Under the pieces are notes generated by a model that ran no database searches, was not told the origin of the DNA, and saw only the letters and a list, made by a program, of their open reading frames with translations. From the NCBI GenBank assembly GCA_965153285.1, contig OZ229126.1: DNA of 64,000 nt, one strand, 5' to 3'. This stretch comes from Podarcis tiliguerta. Its lineage: Eukaryota. A program made the translations under genes and the position numbers. Positions 37,374 through 51,279 of the stretch are shown one piece after another. Each line of letters begins with the position of its first letter. Within the stretch, counting starts at the first letter, position 1.

Positions 37374-40300
37374 CTCAGAAGTAGGTCTCATTAGGTTCAA
37401 TGGCCCTTGCTCCCTGGGAAGTGGGTGATAAACAAATTTTGTATGACTCCTCTGGCCATACAGTTTGAATTGTTCAATTTAACTAGAAATAAAGACTAGT
37501 TGGCTAAAGTTCTTCATGTGCTAAAATTCCAGATTACCTGTTCACACTCCCCTTCCCCTCCATTTTATCTTTTTTTTAAAGCACAGGTTAAGAGAACTTT
37601 TTAAACTTATATATTGACTGCCCAATTCAACTGAACTGTGCTTTGTTCCTGATTTTACCCCCAGGTAAAAAATGCTATAATTTTTCACAGATAAAGGCTT
37701 ACAATGGTGCCAGCAAAGATGAAGTATGGAGAAACATGGACTTTTAAAACAGCACCCAGTTGTTTCTGGTAGTAAAAGCTAACATTTGATGTACCACTTC
37801 TTAATTTTTTGAAATATTCTTAGAAATCAGGAAAAATAATTTCCCCTTCAGTTACAGATGAAACTCTTATTTTCAACCCTCTCCTTGCTTTCATACAAAA
37901 ACAATGAAAGTTAGACCTAAATGTGTTTCTCTTGAGCTATGAAACTGAATGGTCACACATAGGTTTGTAGATCAATTTTCATTCCAGCTAGCAATGAGCA
38001 TACTGAATCAGACAAACATCCAGGAATTGCCATGCAGGCTTTTGATACTGAAAATGTCACTAGTATTATGCAGTTAGACTTGTATTAAAATGTGTGTGCT
38101 TTTTATACTAAGGCCTCTTTAATTTTGTTACTGTATTCTTGAATCCCTTTCATATATTATAGTTCTAAAACAGGGACCAATAGCAATCTATAATGGAAAT
38201 GAGGAATTGGGCGGTGAAAGTTTTATACATGCATCTTATTAGACAGCAAATAGAATATGGTAAATGCATGAGATATGGCTTTTGTTGGCATGCCTACCTC
38301 TGGAACATATCCCAGAGGTCCTCTTTGGGACTAGAAGGCATTACACAAAATCTCATCCATCTCACAGTTCTGCACCGTTCTTGTGAACTCCAGGAGGGCT
38401 TGAAGTTAATCTACTGGTTATGTGTGTACTGTATATTTAGTTTGTATTACCAAGTAGCATTTTTTACATCAAAATGTTGAAATAAGAAATTCTGATATGA
38501 TCAACAGAAAATGAAGTTTTTCTTCAATAGCTTATTTGAAGCGAAAGATGCAAAAGGGAGTTGCAATTTTACAGGCTAAGGGACAAATCGAAGTTTCAGT
38601 GGAGAAATAGGTCTGGCAAATATGTAAAGAGCAGTGGTGGGAGGGTCTGATTTGAAGAAGAGCACAGCAGGTGGGTGAGGGGGGTGCTTAATCGTTCACC
38701 CATTATCTCTCTACTGCACTTCTCTCCAATAGTAATTTTTCTCATAGCCATAGCTAACACCTGGAACTTTGACTGGGGAAAGGTGGCAGAAGGAGGGCAA
38801 ATCAGGAAAGACCTGGTGGATGTGGGAAGGGCTAAGAACTTAACTCCCTGTGAAGTTCTCCCCCCCCACACACACACATTTTAGATAGTTAGCAAGGCCC
38901 CAGGATCCCAGTCAGACATCACATTTCATCTTAAAACAGGACTCAGAGCTGCTGTTCTTGAAAGTGATGGATTGCCTGAGAAGCAGTGCAAAAGCATGTG
39001 GTGCTGAGCATCACTTACAGGTCTACTCATTGTATTGAATAGGGCTTTCTCCCAAGGAAGTGGATATAAGATTGCCTAAGTAATGCAAAAACAAAACAAA
39101 GAAATTGAAATATTTGTACAGAAACGACACACATGTCAGGCAGCCACATGAAACATTCACTAACACCATTCAACATTTATTCCATTGAATTCTGTGAAAA
39201 AGGAGCTATTTCTTCCCCTGTAATTTTCTTTCTTTAGACAGGCCATCACTGGGTCATAATTATTATTTTTTTAAAGAGGAATAAAATGACTGTTTTTTTG
39301 AGTTAAGGGAATTTTATGGCACCACAGTTGATTGATGCCCATCTTTTCCACCATTTGTAAACTTCATTCTGTATGGATTGGGATGCTTGGAACATTAAAT
39401 AAAATGTCAAAGAACTATTAGTTCCTTTTGGGGGCAGTGTTGAAGATGAGAATCTAGACACTTCATGGTGTAAATGCATTCCTAGTGAAATTATGGCAGC
39501 TTCAGATTATTTTCTTTTTTCACTGTATGTTGTGTTGTTTCCAAGGTGCCTTGAGAAATGTGAGCAATTTAGGTATCCCCTAATGACATGACTTCCGTCA
39601 CAGCCTAGTTTTAGAAAGCAGAATGCTGTAAACCTCATTCACACGTGTAACCGAAGTCTGAAAGGGAATCTGGTTGACAGTAAGGGGAGTGGAATGCTAA
39701 GAGAGGGAAGGAGTGCCAATTGGTAAGGCCAATTGGTGGATAAGAGGAAGATGAGACAGACAGTGAGAGGAAGGGTACAATGAAATATATTTATTTCATT
39801 GTAGAGACTCGAGAGCAGACATGCTTAGGCAGGACATTAGAATTACAACAACTGTGTAGATGTTACTTGCCTGCACTGGTGGGTGGGTTCCTCAATTAAA
39901 TAAAAGTTCAAGCTTCAGAACTTGAAAGGATGAATTCTGGTCTGGGTAGATTCTAACATAAACTATGCCTCTTGCCCGCTGCCTATCGTTCCATGGGTGA
40001 TGGAGAAGAGTCCTTCTGCTGTCCAAGTCGGTAGGTCATGGTAATCGATATGTTTGAGAGAGGTCAGGACTAAGTGGAGTAGCCGAGGGACTGGCCTTTA
40101 ATGACAACCTGGGGAGAAACCTTGTAATGGACCTTGGGGGTGTCACAATGTGTTATGCTCATGAAGAGATTCACATGATTAAAGGATCAGTAGTATGGTC
40201 ACAATATTGGCTCTGCCCCTTAAGTTGTGCAGCTTTCTGGACACACACACACACATGTCCATGTATCAAGCAGGGATGTCTACATGGGAAAGCCCATGTG

Positions 40301-40578
40301 TGTGGACTTCAGAACATGTAACCTGATCATGTGGAAGAACCTGGCAGTGTGAATCAGCTCTAAGTTGGATAGAAAAGGATAATGGTGCACATGTCAAGCA
40401 CAGTTGCTAAGAACAGCCAACACTGCCACAACATTCGATTTGTGCACAGTGGTAGAACTTGCAGCAGTCAAAAACAGTAAACCTAAGTGATTAAGAGGCT
40501 TAACCAGTCCTTCTTCCATATCAGAGATCATAACTATTTTTATCAAGCCTTAGAAATTTTGTAAGAATGTTTGAGGAA

Positions 40579-40748
40579 GGGGCATAGCTCAGTAGTAGAG
40601 CACATGTGCAAATGGTCTTGAGGTAAATATGTCACATTTCCAGGGTGGATATACAAAGGCTCCCTGGAAGACTGCTGCCAGTCTATACAATAGTGAGCAA
40701 AAGGAACCAGTGGCCAGACGGTGATGGAAGGTAGTTTTCTAAGTTCTT
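40579..40748 (+). mobile_element. Degenerate tRNA-derived SINE (Squam3-like)
   Basis: A-box head ggggcatagctcagtagtagagca; body ccctggaagactgctgccagtc..aatagtgagc..ggaaccagtggccaga; tail ttctaagttct. Confidence 0.65.
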
Positions 40749-41139
40749 AAGAAATAAGCAGATCCAGAGTGCGGGGGGGGGGGGGCAGGCGAAAGGAACA
40801 GACTTGCACTAGGGTTTTGTTTCAGGGGTTTTGTTGGGAGAGGGGTTGTTGTTGATATTAATTTTTTGTATCTTCATTTTTATATCTTTTTAGAGTTATG
40901 TGGGAAATGTTCAATTTGGTTGTTTAGTTTTTGATTTGTTTATTGTTTATGACTACTTTTGCTATGTTTGTAATTGTGCACTTTTTCATGTAAGCAGCCT
41001 TGAGCATGGTTTTAACTATGGAAAGATGGCATACAATAAAATGATTGATTGATTAAGTAATTAATTAATTAATGCAAAAGGGGCTCTAGACGAGGTCTGT
41101 AACCTCCATGAGTTCTAGTTATCTTAAGATGTTTACACA

Positions 41140-41525
41140 CAGGAGGAAATTTGATTTATTGTGCATTTACAGCCGAACCTATCAAATTTGCTGTTTCTGA
41201 AACAATATGTAAACCAAAACATAGCTATTCTTAGAAATTTGCACTAATCTGAATTTTGTGGTGTAGTTCCTCAATCAGCATTTACAAAAGTGCATTTTAG
41301 AGGGAAGTGTGAATAAAAATGAATCTATTACTGAAAATAATATACAGAAAATTGCTTGCAAACTGTGTATTAGTCAAAACTGCATATAAAAATATGAAAT
41401 TCACAGTAAAATAATGAATTTTTACACTTTTTTTGAGGGGAAAAAATTTGCTACAAAATGTGGAGGACTAAATTTAATATTGGAGAAATTGAGAAAACCC
41501 AAACTGACAGATCCTTCCATCCCAA
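41140..41525 (-). mobile_element. Copy of the AT-rich dispersed repeat seen at 9604-10262
   Basis: Ends aatttaatattggagaaattgagaaaacccaaactgacagatccttccatccc, the reverse of the start of the 9604 copy. Confidence 0.55.
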
Positions 41526-42633
41526 CTCAACACCTAGACATTTGGGTCAGGGAGCTGATCAGCCTTGGACCACTGCCCCTTTATTAATGTGAAGGGAACT
41601 TTAGTGTAGCTTTCATAGTGGCCCCCAGTTACCACTGTTTAAGCAGTTTGGAAAAAGTACCACCTTAAATTTCTGCAATTGCAATATACATAAGGCTTTC
41701 GTTATATGGAATCTCTTCTGGAACATTTAGCTAAAGCTACAGCCACTGTGTGTGTAACTTCGCTAATAGTGACTGCAAATAAGCATAAATTAATATTCAG
41801 CAGTTAAAATGTCACTAATTGCCCATGTCTGTCATTTGCTCACATGTTCAATGCCAACATATGGTTCATATATGCCCACATGACCACCAGATTTGAATTA
41901 TGTATCAAGAAAGAACAACAGCCCCAGAAATAGCCACAATGAATGTTAACCTGGTTCAAAGTTGGTTTAAAGCTTACTGAATTCTTGGAGTCAGTGCACC
42001 AGTATCAAAACACATTTTCCCACTGTATTTTAAATTCCTCATTTGTCCCTTGTTGCTGTTTATGCCATACCACTCCATAGTAACACAAAGAAGTAAGTTA
42101 TTTACATTGGTGCTTTGTCATTTGAGGGGACCATTTTTCCCCCCTTAATGCCCTCTCCCTAAAATAAACTTCAACCCATACAGTCCATGTTGAATCACGC
42201 ATCCTGTTACAATGCACATTAAAGAGAGACATTCAATGGAGGACTGCTCAACATTTAGAACTGCTTCGGTTCCCCTGACATGGTCAGGAGAACCAGAGAA
42301 CCAGCTAGTTAGTCCAGAAGCAAGAAGACTGTGCGTATCACATGGCTACTGCATCTTGCAAACCACAGGGAATGTCAGCAAAACTGATTCTTTGTTTGCT
42401 CTGTTTTTTTTATGGGAGATTCAGTTAAGGTCACTAGAATTTCAATGATTAAAAACAGTAATAAGCAGTTCACCTAGCTGAAAGAATAACATTCCAATTG
42501 TTGCATGGGTTCATGCGGGGTATTTTCTCTTATCCATCCTCGTAGTCCGATTTCTGCAGTTACATGCTAGGTGGTTCCAGTTGTGTCATCCGGCATAATG
42601 TGTTCAATAAGTGCTTCTTGGTTCCATGTGTCA

Positions 42634-42759
<126 letters not shown>

Positions 42760-42905
42760 TCATCACCAAGCAAATGAAGGAGTTAGAGAAAGAGTAACAA
42801 AGCCATCCTCCTCAGTGTCTTGTCCAGCACCTAACATATTACTTAGTCCATGTTTCTCAGATCAGAGTGTAAACACAAGGTGCCAGGAAAACCTACAGGA
42901 TAATA

Positions 42906-43263
42906 CAGTGGTGCCCCGCAAGACGAATGCCTCGCAAGACGGAAAACCCGCTAGACGAAAGGGTTTTCCGTTTTTCGATGCGCTTCGCAGGACGAATTTC
43001 CCTATGGGCTTGCTTCGCAAGACGAAAATGTCTTGCGAGTTTTGAGATTTTTTTTCGCTCCCCACCCCCTTTTTCTAAGCCGCTAAACCGCTAATAGCCT
43101 TTTAGCAGCTAATCCGCTAATCCCTTAAGCCTTTAATAGCCGCTAATAGCCGCTAAACCGCTAATAGCGCTAATCCGCTAATAGGGTTGCTTCGCAAGAC
43201 GAAAAAACCGCTAGACGAAGAGACTCGCGAAACGAATTAATTTCGTCTTGCGAGGCACAACTG
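42906..43263. mobile_element. Young Tc1/mariner-pogo MITE with internal CCGCTAA minisatellite
   Basis: TA|cagtggtgccccgcaagacgaa ... ttcgtcttgcgaggcacaactg|TA; multiple cgcaagacgaa/cgctagacgaa subterminal repeats; CpG-rich. Confidence 0.88.
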
Positions 43264-46200
43264 TACAGACAACTGTAGCATATACCCAGGTGACTCAGTA
43301 GTCCACACTTGTCCCTAGAGCAGCTTGCATACCTACTCAGAGTGGGTGGGTTGATTTAAATTAGTGATAGGCCAACTATCCCTGTTAGCATGGCTGTGAC
43401 TGGGCACACCCAATTTTTTTTAAAAAAAAGGGAGGCAGAAGGAAACAGAGGGCAGGCAGGGGAGGAATGATGGAATGGATCTTCAGCCTCTGTCTTCCAG
43501 TCTTTTTCTTCTGCCTGCTTCTGGCTCTGTCATTGTCTGAGCTACTTTCACTACCTTTTGCTCACACCCAGTAAGCGCTGTCTCATTCACTAGAAGAAAC
43601 AATCTGTTTTGGTCAACTTGGGTTAGCTCATTATATGATTAAAGATAAAGATCATGAAAATTGACAGTATATTTGTATATGCCTAGTTATCACTACAGCA
43701 AATAAATTGTATTTTTAATCTCATTTTTAAGTTAGTGTTTTTAAAGTAATGTTTAGATGTCAATTTGAAAAAAAGTTTTAGTTTATTTAGTTTGATTGAA
43801 GAATAAAAAAACAAGATGCAATGCTGCTAGAATTTTAGGGGGCTTTTTGGTCAAATGGGCTCCTGGCCAGTTCCCTCAGGCTGTGCTTTTTGTCTGGGCA
43901 TTGCCTTCTGTCTGTGACTGCATTTCAGGTTACACTGAGAAGCTCCAAGGTAGATCATTGGGCTTAAGGGACAGCAGATTCGGCTTAACAGCTGCCCCAT
44001 CCCTAGTTTGTGCCTGCTTTTTGTGATGAAGGCATGCATCAGCAGGCCTTGGTTATTTATTTGTTCTTAAGTAAGAGTCCACCCCTTACAGAGTTTCAGT
44101 TTCGGAATGTGTTAAGCAATGGCATTGTTCAGCATGGTGCAGCAGCAAAATGAGCAAAGCATATGTGATTGCCTCACCAGGAGCCCACACACTCACACAT
44201 TCCTTTTAAACCCTGGTTTTGCCTTGCATGATATCTGAACTAGGCCACGGTCAAACAGAAAACAAACAAGTTCCAATAGCCTGGTACAGATTCATAAGAT
44301 CAGGGTAACAGTGAATCATACAGAAATACCCTGAAGAACAAAAACAAGTAAACAGCACAAGAATGCGAACTAAAAGAGGGTACCTTTGCTTAGAAAGTAC
44401 TTGATAGAAAGCCTGCCCCAATGCACTAGCTTTCCAAATGCAATGAGATTTTTGCATGAAAGTGAATTCAAAATACACCATCCTGGGACGCCTATATCCC
44501 ATGCTTTTTTCTGAACAATAAATTGTCCATAAGAAGCAGACAATAAACATGGGAGTTAGATCTGGCAGCTTAATAAATCTCTCACAACAGAAGCGAAAGA
44601 TGTTCTAGAGAGCATGATAATAGTGTGTGAATGTGTGTTCCACATTCTTTTTTTTAAAATGACTCAAACTTTCTCAGAAGCCTGTTTTCAAATCAAAACA
44701 TATACATCTTCTCCATACTGTAAAAGCAATGAAATTGCTAACCAGCAAACCTTCCCTATTGTAGAGGACTCTACTGACAGTTTTAAAGGAGGAGAAACAG
44801 GGAGAAATCAATACTATAGTGACAGACATCATGGAGAAGTCACAAAGTTCAAGACATGTGTAAGGGACCAATATTTCAAACAGATGAGCTTGTGAAAGGA
44901 GACTAGAGGCACCGTTGCACGGCACTGATGAAAAAGACTTTCTATATAATACTTAAGGGGAGGCAATTGGCACATATTTCAAAACAGGAAAGACCTTTCA
45001 TCAGACGGCATGCTTGCCACAGTAGGGGCAAGAGTAAATAAGTAACGTCTTTCCAAGCATTCCTTGAGAATATCTGTAATAAACTGATCTGTGCTCATTG
45101 AGAACGTTCTGAGGTTTCCCTGGATGAAACCTCAGAAACCAATGCAGCAATACACTTACTGCAGAATGTGCTGCTACAAAAGCAATAAGGTTCCTGTTGC
45201 AGAAGCCTATGCAACATTATATTTCATAGGTTTTTTTTAAGCACCATACTTTGAACCTTATGGTTTTGACCCCACCTTAATCTTTTTGTTTGTTTGAAGT
45301 ATTTTTACATGGCCTTTCAGGTCATACAGCACTCTCAAGGTGCTGTACTCTCAAAAGTATAAAATACAAATTTAACAATAACAATTCAGTCTTTTAAAAA
45401 AAATTAAAAATAGCAGCCGTTAAGTTAAAAGCCCAGACCAGTCTTTAATTAATCGTTTCAAAATGGATCCAAACAGCCAGGTCTTTAGAGGAGAACTAAA
45501 CAGAGCCACACAACCCACACCCATTTCCAAGGTAACGTATCCACCAGGTCAACAAGGTGGTTACTCTACCAGATCAGAAACCAGACACTGGCCAATAGTT
45601 GTCCAAAATTTGTTTGCTTTTTAAACATGGGTCTAACCAGGAGCAGTCAGCAGGATATGGCTCACCTGACCTGTAGCCTGTGTCACTGCTTCTTATCAGG
45701 AAATTGAATGGGGTGGGGAGGTGGTGTGCAAGTACTTTGGTGGAACCAATTCAGTGCTTCCACCGGTGTGTTTGCACTGCATCGACTACACTGCCACTTT
45801 GCCCCTTCCCCTCTACCTCCTGGAGTAGCAACACAAGCAGCAGGAAGGCAGGTGAGTGCCACTGCCCAGCAGACCACCACTGACTCTAACTGCTTCCTCT
45901 TTGAGGGTAGTGGGCACTACACTCAAAAAAGCATTAACTGCTTCTGAGGTTCATGTGGTGAGTTCTATCCTGACAGATTAATTTTTAAAATAACCACAAA
46001 GGGCCTATAGGGTTCTCTAGGACAGGTTGTAGTTCTCAAATCTCCAAGAATTGTTTTGCATGTCATCAGGCTGTGCAGATTTATCTGCTGCTGAAATCTA
46101 TCCAAGGCAACATGATTAAATGGGACCCTAGCTACATCCCTCTCTGGCTGGTAAAACAGGGGTCAGAAGAAATGTGAGTAATTTTTATCTTTAAAATGTA

Positions 46201-46270
46201 AAACAAATCCATCAGTCTCCAAGGACCACAACTGCTTTCCCACCTCTGCAGGTATGTCAGTGGACAAAAG

Positions 46271-46388
46271 CAGTGGTGGTTAGTGCTCATGGGGACTGGA
46301 AACGCAGGTGGCAGGTGGGGACTGGCTGGCTGCAGACTGGGGTTGGCGGGACAATGCTCCGTTCACTCGAATGGACCAGCATCCACTG
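46271..46388. mobile_element. Degenerate hAT MITE
   Basis: cagtggtggttagt ... accagcatccactg termini; flanks gacaaaag/gaaaatag (6/8 identical). Confidence 0.55.
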
Positions 46389-47689
46389 GAAAATAGATCC
46401 AGGTGGGACGGGAAGGAGAGAATATAACATTTTAGGCGTGTGGTTATCTGTATCTAGTATCAGGGTTCATGTACTCTATCTTGTTTGATACTCAAGTTAA
46501 CAATATGTGTGAATGAACTATTCTGTATTAACTATCACAAATATAATTTTCAGATCGCCCAGTTTTGCATACATAATATATTTCAATGAGACACAGTTGA
46601 TGCATTCAGCTGGGAGGCATCAACTGATGAGAGATTAAGTGCACATGAGTAAAATAACTATCAGAAGCATGTAGCCATAGTCATATTCACTTGAACAGAA
46701 CTATCCCCTGTTTGCCTCTGTGCTTGCCTCTATCAGCTTCCACACCCAGAAATATTTGTTTGAACTTTATTTTGACACAGCAGTTGGTCTCAGTCAGGAT
46801 CAGAGGTTTTTTAGCAACTGACATTTGAAAAAAATAAAATGAGTAAAGACTAGGAAAACAGTATAAGAACAACTGCCTTCGGATGAAAATGATTCTATAG
46901 GCCACAATTTTTCCTTATTTTCCAAATTTGACCTTCTGTCTCATTTCTTACATGTGATATTTTTAACATAATCAGACTATTAAAATATAATTTTTCTCCG
47001 CCGCTCCCTGACAGCGTTTTATATATCTCCAGGGTTTGACTTTTCCCTCCTATTCACATTTCTGTAGTGAAATCAAAAAGGCCTGCATTTAAACTGAAAA
47101 ATGAAAACTTCACATTGCAAAACATTCACTCTTTCACCCTGTCATTACACTCTCCTCTAGAATAAACTTGTCCATTCTTCTGTCATTTTTCCCTTTAATT
47201 CATATTATCATCAATTTATTTCTTGACACAGTCATTTCTGGCTCATACTTGTTCTCTAATCCTTTTATAGAAACCCATAGAAGTACTGATTCTAATCCTA
47301 ATTGACTGGTTTCAAACCTTTTCACCTCATATGAAGCCATGCCAATATTGTCAATCTTGTGACCCCGTCCTCTGTAACAACAGCTATATATATAGCTCAG
47401 GTGTAGCCAAAAGGGAGCCCTGTCAGGCTCACTTACATTTCACAATGTGCACAAATCACATCAGTTCAGAAGAGAGAACAGTGCATCAAACAAGATCTGC
47501 CATGATCAACATCAAGTCGAAAGTAATGAGTGAAAATGGTAAAGAAGTTATTACAACAAACCAGCATGAAATTGAATCATTTTTCTTCATTAGACTGTGT
47601 TGCTATTATCCACTTTTAGCATGTTTGTATTAAGTAGACTTTAAACACGCAAGCTCGCTAGGCTTCAGTGACTGAAACCTCTTGGGGTA

Positions 47690-47700
<11 letters not shown>

Positions 47701-47746
<46 letters not shown>
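47701..47746. repeat. (GT)n(GA)n compound microsatellite
   Basis: Directly visible. Confidence 0.95.
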
Positions 47747-47747
<1 letters not shown>

Positions 47748-50700
47748 TTCATAAAAACCAAGGCAGCCATTATTATTTCAGTGCTTGTATGCCATACATA
47801 GTTTTCTCAAATATTTCTAAATTCATAGCTGTGTCAAGTTAGTAAAGCTGGACATTAAAAACCAATAAAGTCAGGCAATAAGATCTAATCATTGCTTCTG
47901 CAGTACTAGGTGTGTCTGGTGCTGTACAAATGTAGAAAATAATTCAAGACCTTGCTTGAAAATAACATAGACTACACAAAGAAGAGAGTATGCAGTGGAA
48001 GCAAAATACAGAGGGGGAAATGTGGTTAAAATAAAAGTACGATTTTAGTAAATGCGTATGCATAATTCAAGGCTAAATTCAAATTCCTAGGCTTGAATTA
48101 GCAGGCCTGATTGCTTCAAGCAAAGTTAGTTTAAAACCCCTTAGGCTTCAGCAACACAATTGAGCATTTTCTTACTAGAATCTGAAATGAATGAGCCTGT
48201 GAGTTATGACACATGGCAGGTGCCAGTCAGGTCATTTAAGAAGCCACAGGAAGGCGCTCATATACCACAGTGATGGGTTGCAGTCAGGCCCTGCATAGTA
48301 CAAATAGTATTATGCTGAGATTACTGACATCAGCAACATGATTTATGTCATCTTTAGATGTTCTTATAACTGATGTGCTTATCAGATGACATTCCAAATA
48401 GTGAAGTAAGGAAATACATATCAGAAGTCTGATTAGATTGCTTCAGTTTGATCCATCTTTTGCTTGCTGTAGCCCTCAAGTATGGCATTCAGAAGAACAG
48501 GCTGGGGAGTAAACAATGCTATGGGAATCTATCACACTCATTAGAAAAGTTACTCGAAGACAAAAAACATATTAAAGCATTTCTGGTCTATGTATTAAAA
48601 TAATTGGTGGGGAAGGGAGGGATGTGTCTGCACTGGTTGAGTTCAGCTTTATCACAGATAAGTGGGAAGGCTATGTAAAATATAAAATTCTAAATTAAGG
48701 GTAGCATTTGTCCTTCAAAAAAATTATTTGTTGTTTTCATGAAATGTCCTATAACTGAAAGATAATTGATAAAATGTTCAGGTGGGGGGGGGGAATGAAA
48801 TTTTTGGCTGGGCATAGTGTGTGTGTGTGTGTGTTTGTAATATTTAAATTATATCTTGTTCATTTTACAACCTCCTATTGTGGGAGGAATTAGAAATGAA
48901 AATTATCCATGCAAAGCACAAAGAGCAATATTTTGGGACCCATTGTTCAGAACAGAAATTAAGTGAACAATATTGGTCTGTCCCATTTGTACAACACTGT
49001 TTCCCCAACAAGATCATGATCACCAATGTAGGTTATCTCTTCTATTTTCTCAACCCTATAATATGTCTGAAAAATAGTGACCTGCCAAAGTCTATTCAGT
49101 CTGCAATTCTATATTTATATGCCCATGAGTAACCCACAATGAGACTTATTTGTGGGTAGACATAACTGGGACTGTGCTGTCAATGAGCTTGCACTAAATG
49201 TAGGGATTTGAAGGCAGGCATCTAAGGCCTTATCCACATTTGAGCATTATTTAGCTGTTAACCCACTTTTCCCCCATTAGAATGATACTGGATTAGTCCA
49301 TACCCAGATTTATTGGAATTAGTTTATGAGGTGCAACTTCAGTCTTTCCTGTTCATACCAGTAGGGTCTTCCCTTTGGTCAAGGTTCCTCCTTCTAAATT
49401 GTTAATTCTGTTATGCCAATTTAGTACCAACAGGGCATGTGCACAAATAGATAAGTGTGTACCTTTGTTTTGTTTTGTTTTGGGAAATGAGCAAAAGCAT
49501 ACATTTAGGCAATTATAAATTCTCAGCACACACATCCACAGTTTTTTGGTTTTGTGCAAACTTAACAGATCAGGAGAGAGAGAGAGAGAGAGAGAATGTA
49601 GTTTGCCTTTGCACTTTTCTGGTGTTGTGCAAATCTGAAGGATTAAAAGAAATATGTATAAATGGGACTACACTTCTTTCAGGAGCATGCCATAAATCTT
49701 TAGCACAGCGAAAAAAGAAATGAAAAGCACCATTTTCAGTTTGCTGCCCAATATCTGGTTATTATTTTTAAATGTGGTTTACTTGTGCAGGGTTCTGGTT
49801 TTGTGCAAATGCGTGGGATGAGAAGAAAAAACAACAACAAGGCTATGCTCCTCCATTCAGGAGTGAGCCAGAAAGTATTACAAGAACAGCCAGGAAAAAA
49901 ACATTGAGGAAGTACTGGACATGGAAAGGAGAGCAGCAGAGCAAGGTTTGGGATTTGTGTTGTTTGAGGGTGATGTTATGTGGACTAGGCAAATTAAATG
50001 GAAACACAAAGAGCTGCAAACACACAGTAAACAAGCCTTGCAGTTCAGCTTCAGCATTCGAATCCATTATATTAAAATAATGTTATCAACCTCAAATTGT
50101 ATCAAGAACCAGTGATTTTTGTATAATTTAAATAGTACAAATCAGAAAGGGGTGATATTTTATGGAGGTCATTACAAAGGCCTTACTAACAATCTTATAA
50201 CACCGTGCTATGTGCTGATGTGCTGGCAAGCATTTGCCATGTGGGGCAACTGACAGAACACCAAGTCCTGTGGCATTGCACTGGCTCTACCAGCCAGCCA
50301 AGAACACGCTTTCAATGCAACCTTGACATAGTTTATGCAAGAGTCCTAAATAAATAAGGCTTCCACATAGTCACAAGTCACCATTGCTGTAGCAGTTATT
50401 AGTTTTAACAGCAGCTACAGCCACACATGGCCAACCTTTTACCTTCTCAGCATCTCTAGCCTGCATATTTACCCTCCAGCAGTGCTAATTTGTTCTGACC
50501 ACCCCCACTCCCCCGTCAAATAACTATTCTCATTTCACCCCTCTATTGCCTTTTGGGGAGACACAGGGGGCAGCATTTTGTTTGTGGGCAGTAAACAAGC
50601 ATTCGCTAGAGATCTTCAAGTTTCAGTCCTTCCAGAGGCCTCTAGAAGGTAATGTACAGAAAGGAAGGCACTCAGATGCAAAATGCCCCTCCCCATAACC

Positions 50701-51053
50701 GTCTAGCAGATAATAAATATTGCTGAAAGTGTTTGAGTTAGCTTGAACTTTAAGCTATCTATAGGTACAACCAGATTAATTTTGTGATTAAGTATTCTGT
50801 TCAACATTATTAGGTTTCTTTTTTAAAAAAGAATCTTGTTATGATCAGTTTAGTTACAAACCTTCAGCAGGCAGTGCAGGGCAGACTATCGCTGAACATA
50901 TGAATAAAATATACAGCAGCAGGGAGAGAGTCTTCAGCAATATGTAGGGAATGTTGAAGAGCCCTGGCAGTGATTACTGGTTGGATGGTTTGGCATTGCA
51001 GGGAACTATGGCCTGTCTGTGATATGCTAGCTTTTTACTTACAGGGAGTTATA

Positions 51054-51279
51054 CAGTGGTACCTCAGGTTACATATGCTTCAGGTTACAGACTCGGCTAA
51101 CCCAGAAATAGTGCTTCTGGTTAAGAACTTTGCTTCAGGATGAGAACAGAAATCGGGCTCTGGTGGCGCGGCAGCAGCAGGAGGCCCCATTAGCTAAAGT
51201 GGTGCTTCAGGTTAAGAACAGTTTCAGGTTAAGTATGGACCTCCGGAATGAATTAAGTACTTAACCTGAGGTACCACTG
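51054..51279. mobile_element. Tc1/mariner-pogo MITE (CAGTGGTACCTC family)
   Basis: TA|cagtggtacctcaggtta ... taacctgaggtaccactg|TA. Confidence 0.92.

Noticed and set aside
38990-39010. REST/NRSE site
   Set aside because: Only the GTGGTGCTGA half-site is present.
40579-40650. tRNA gene
   Set aside because: Only a degenerate A-box head with no cloverleaf or intact B-box; it continues into a SINE body.
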